Positions 36,005 to 37,445 of a stretch of 37,445 bases of DNA are shown piece after piece; position 1 is the stretch's first letter, and each line of letters opens with the position of its first letter. A model generated the notes under the pieces. That model saw only the letters and a list, made by a program, of their open reading frames with translations, was not told where the DNA came from and did not search any database. The translations under genes and the position numbers were made by a program. The stretch covers positions 1 through 37,445 of IMG/VR virus record IMGVR_UViG_3300044453_000274, one strand, 5' to 3'. The DNA comes from a virus. Its lineage: Duplodnaviria > Caudoviricetes.

Positions 36005-36399
36005 TTAGCAACTCCGTTAATCTTTTCTATGGTTCTTAGCCCTGCCAGGCCTAACATACCCAGCGTTAGTTCTAACATGACTTCTAAAGGTAATTCTGGG
36101 GCACCTATTTCTGGCCAAAGCCACTGGAGTATTGGGTTGACCACAAATGAAAATAAAAAGCCAAACCCACAAACCCACAATAAGAAAGGCCTTGCACCGG
36201 CAACAAAAACGCTTCGATGTGACGCACTTAGCTCATTGATTTTTGCCTGTATCTGTGCAGATTGTTCTACCAAACGCGCTTTGAGAATTTGCTGCTTGAG
36301 CACTTCCTCTTCACTGGTAAAAAGTTCATCTAAAATAGTGCCAACTGTTTGGATTGGATCTTTGATAACTGGCTTAAACAAGCTGGATAAGATTCCCAC
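36001..36399 (-). CDS. Holin, 3TM (GTA-holin-like)
   Basis: FVAGARPFLLWVCG...GMLGLAGLRTIEK motif. Probable GTG start at 36399 overlaps the lysozyme stop. Confidence 0.82.
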   Translation of the reverse strand: MGILSSLFKPVIKDPIQTVGTILDELFTSEEEVLKQQILKARLVEQSAQIQAKINELSASHRSVFVAGARPFLLWVCGFGFLFSFVVNPILQWLWPEIGAPELPLEVMLELTLGMLGLAGLRTIEKINGVAK

Positions 36400-36815
36400 T
36401 ACTGCCACTCCCCACTGAGCATCTGTTTGGCCAGCTCGTTTGCACGAGCTGGGACTTGATTGGCCCAACGGCTATGAAGCATTTCTAGTGCTGCTTGTTC
36501 GTAATTACCTCGCTCTAAATTGGCAATCATTTTTTTAAACCCCATTAAACCAGTGATACCTAAATTGAACGCCATATTAACTAATACTGCTTGGCGTGCC
36601 TCGTTGCAGTAGCTCAAGTCAATTCGGCGCTTAATGCCAGCTTTGGCCTCTTGGATATCTCGTGCCAATAGCTGTTCTGCCTCTTCTTCATCAATGCCAT
36701 TATCTTCTAAGTTACGGCCATACCCGATCGTGAGCTTTCCTGCTGTACAATAATAAGGATACTGTTTATATCCTTCATGTTTTTTGATTTGTTCGACTGT
36801 GATCATCAGTGACAT
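36399..36815 (-). CDS. Endolysin, T4-lysozyme-like (GH24)
   Basis: HEGYKQYPYYCTAGKLTIGYG matches E-x8-(D/C)-x5-T; also NMAFNLG and EMLHSRWANQVPARA. Confidence 0.92.
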   Translation of the reverse strand: MSLMITVEQIKKHEGYKQYPYYCTAGKLTIGYGRNLEDNGIDEEEAEQLLARDIQEAKAGIKRRIDLSYCNEARQAVLVNMAFNLGITGLMGFKKMIANLERGNYEQAALEMLHSRWANQVPARANELAKQMLSGEWQ

Positions 36816-36838
36816 AACGTGACCTCTTATTCATTAAC

Positions 36839-37195
36839 TCAATATGACAGTTCAAGCATTAAACTGCGTTCAGCTTTTGCCAACCAAAACTCAGCAGAAC
36901 GCTTTGAGTCAAAACCGAGCATCTTTGATGTTTCTGCCATAGTGCCAACCATGACGTAACGCGCCCGGATAGCTTTGATACATTCGGGCCTTAAACGAGA
37001 AATAATTGACGTAATTAGCTCAATTTCTTCAGGAACATTCATGGCTGAACTTGACGAAAAACCGCCGGTTGGTTGTCCTGTTCTGTCTGAGATTGACCGA
37101 GATTTAAACCCTCTACCCATTTCTCGTTTGATCCAGAAATTTCCCCACTTTTTAAGTGCATTTCTTACTTGTTTAATCGTTATGTTCGTTGTCAT
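36839..37195 (-). CDS. Antitermination protein Q-like late regulator
   Basis: LKKWGNFW N-terminus and AIRARYV...LG...LAKAE C-terminal HTH-like pattern; immediately upstream of the lysis genes. Confidence 0.6.
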   Translation of the reverse strand: MTTNITIKQVRNALKKWGNFWIKREMGRGFKSRSISDRTGQPTGGFSSSSAMNVPEEIELITSIISRLRPECIKAIRARYVMVGTMAETSKMLGFDSKRSAEFWLAKAERSLMLELSY

Positions 37196-37445
37196 CGTTG
37201 ATCTTCCCGATTACTTCTAAAATATTTAACAGATATACATCTTCTACTAAGCTGATCACGTCATTCCACTTAGGGTCAAACTCTCGATTTTCCCATCGTC
37301 TGAGCGTTCGCTCTTCAATACCATATGTTGCTGCAGATTCAGCTTGTGTGTACCCTCTTAAACGTCTGGCATAGCGTAAAATCACAGCGCCTCTGGGCGT
37401 TCGCTTTATTGATAGACGTTCTTTATTTATGCCTGATTGATTCAT
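37173..37445 (-). CDS. XRE-family HTH transcriptional regulator
   Basis: LRYARRLRGYTQAESAATYGIEERTLRRWENREFDP is a typical HTH_3 pattern. Confidence 0.88.
   Translation of the reverse strand: MNQSGINKERLSIKRTPRGAVILRYARRLRGYTQAESAATYGIEERTLRRWENREFDPKWNDVISLVEDVYLLNILEVIGKINDDNEHND

Larger units (their letters stand above)
1..37445 (-). mobile_element. Head-less P2-like contractile tail cluster (R-type tailocin-like) with four baseplate/fibre modules
   Basis: All credible genes are on the minus strand: regulators, lysis, 4x gpJ/gpI/fibre, then single V, PAAR, W, sheath, tube, E/E', tape measure, U, X, D. There are no head or packaging genes between the lysis and tail genes. Confidence 0.85.

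Noticed and set aside
1-37445. Intact prophage
   Set aside because: No integrase, replication, terminase, portal or capsid genes, and the lysis genes run straight into baseplate genes. Head genes outside the window cannot be fully excluded.

Overview
The whole window is one minus-strand, head-less, P2-like contractile tail cluster. It is most simply read as an R-type tailocin (phage tail-like bacteriocin) of a gammaproteobacterium; a Pseudoalteromonas-like host is only my guess. Read from 37445 down to 1, it contains an XRE regulator, a Q-like antiterminator and lysis genes (lysozyme, 3TM holin). Then come FOUR tandem, diverged baseplate-wedge/fibre modules (gpJ-gpI-fibre-chaperone). A single copy of the core follows: putative terminator/collar, gpV spike, PAAR, gpW, sheath, tube, gpE/E', tape measure, gpU, gpX, gpD. 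I see no capsid, portal, terminase, integrase, replication or invertase gene. Three modules use a split fibre: a 175-185 aa anchor gene plus separate putative receptor-binding proteins (RBPs) with a shared N-terminal coiled coil. These modules also have gpI proteins extended by ~30-aa repeats. The remaining module has a one-piece 1175-aa fibre with a 310-aa internal duplication. Sequence outside the supplied ORF track holds an RBP pseudogene relic, the gpE' frameshift ORF, a 273-bp tandem duplication, many intrinsic terminators, and a GGTCA-N4-TGACC dyad placed exactly 22 nt upstream of a -10 hexamer three times. All protein calls come from motif recognition and gene order; no searches were run.
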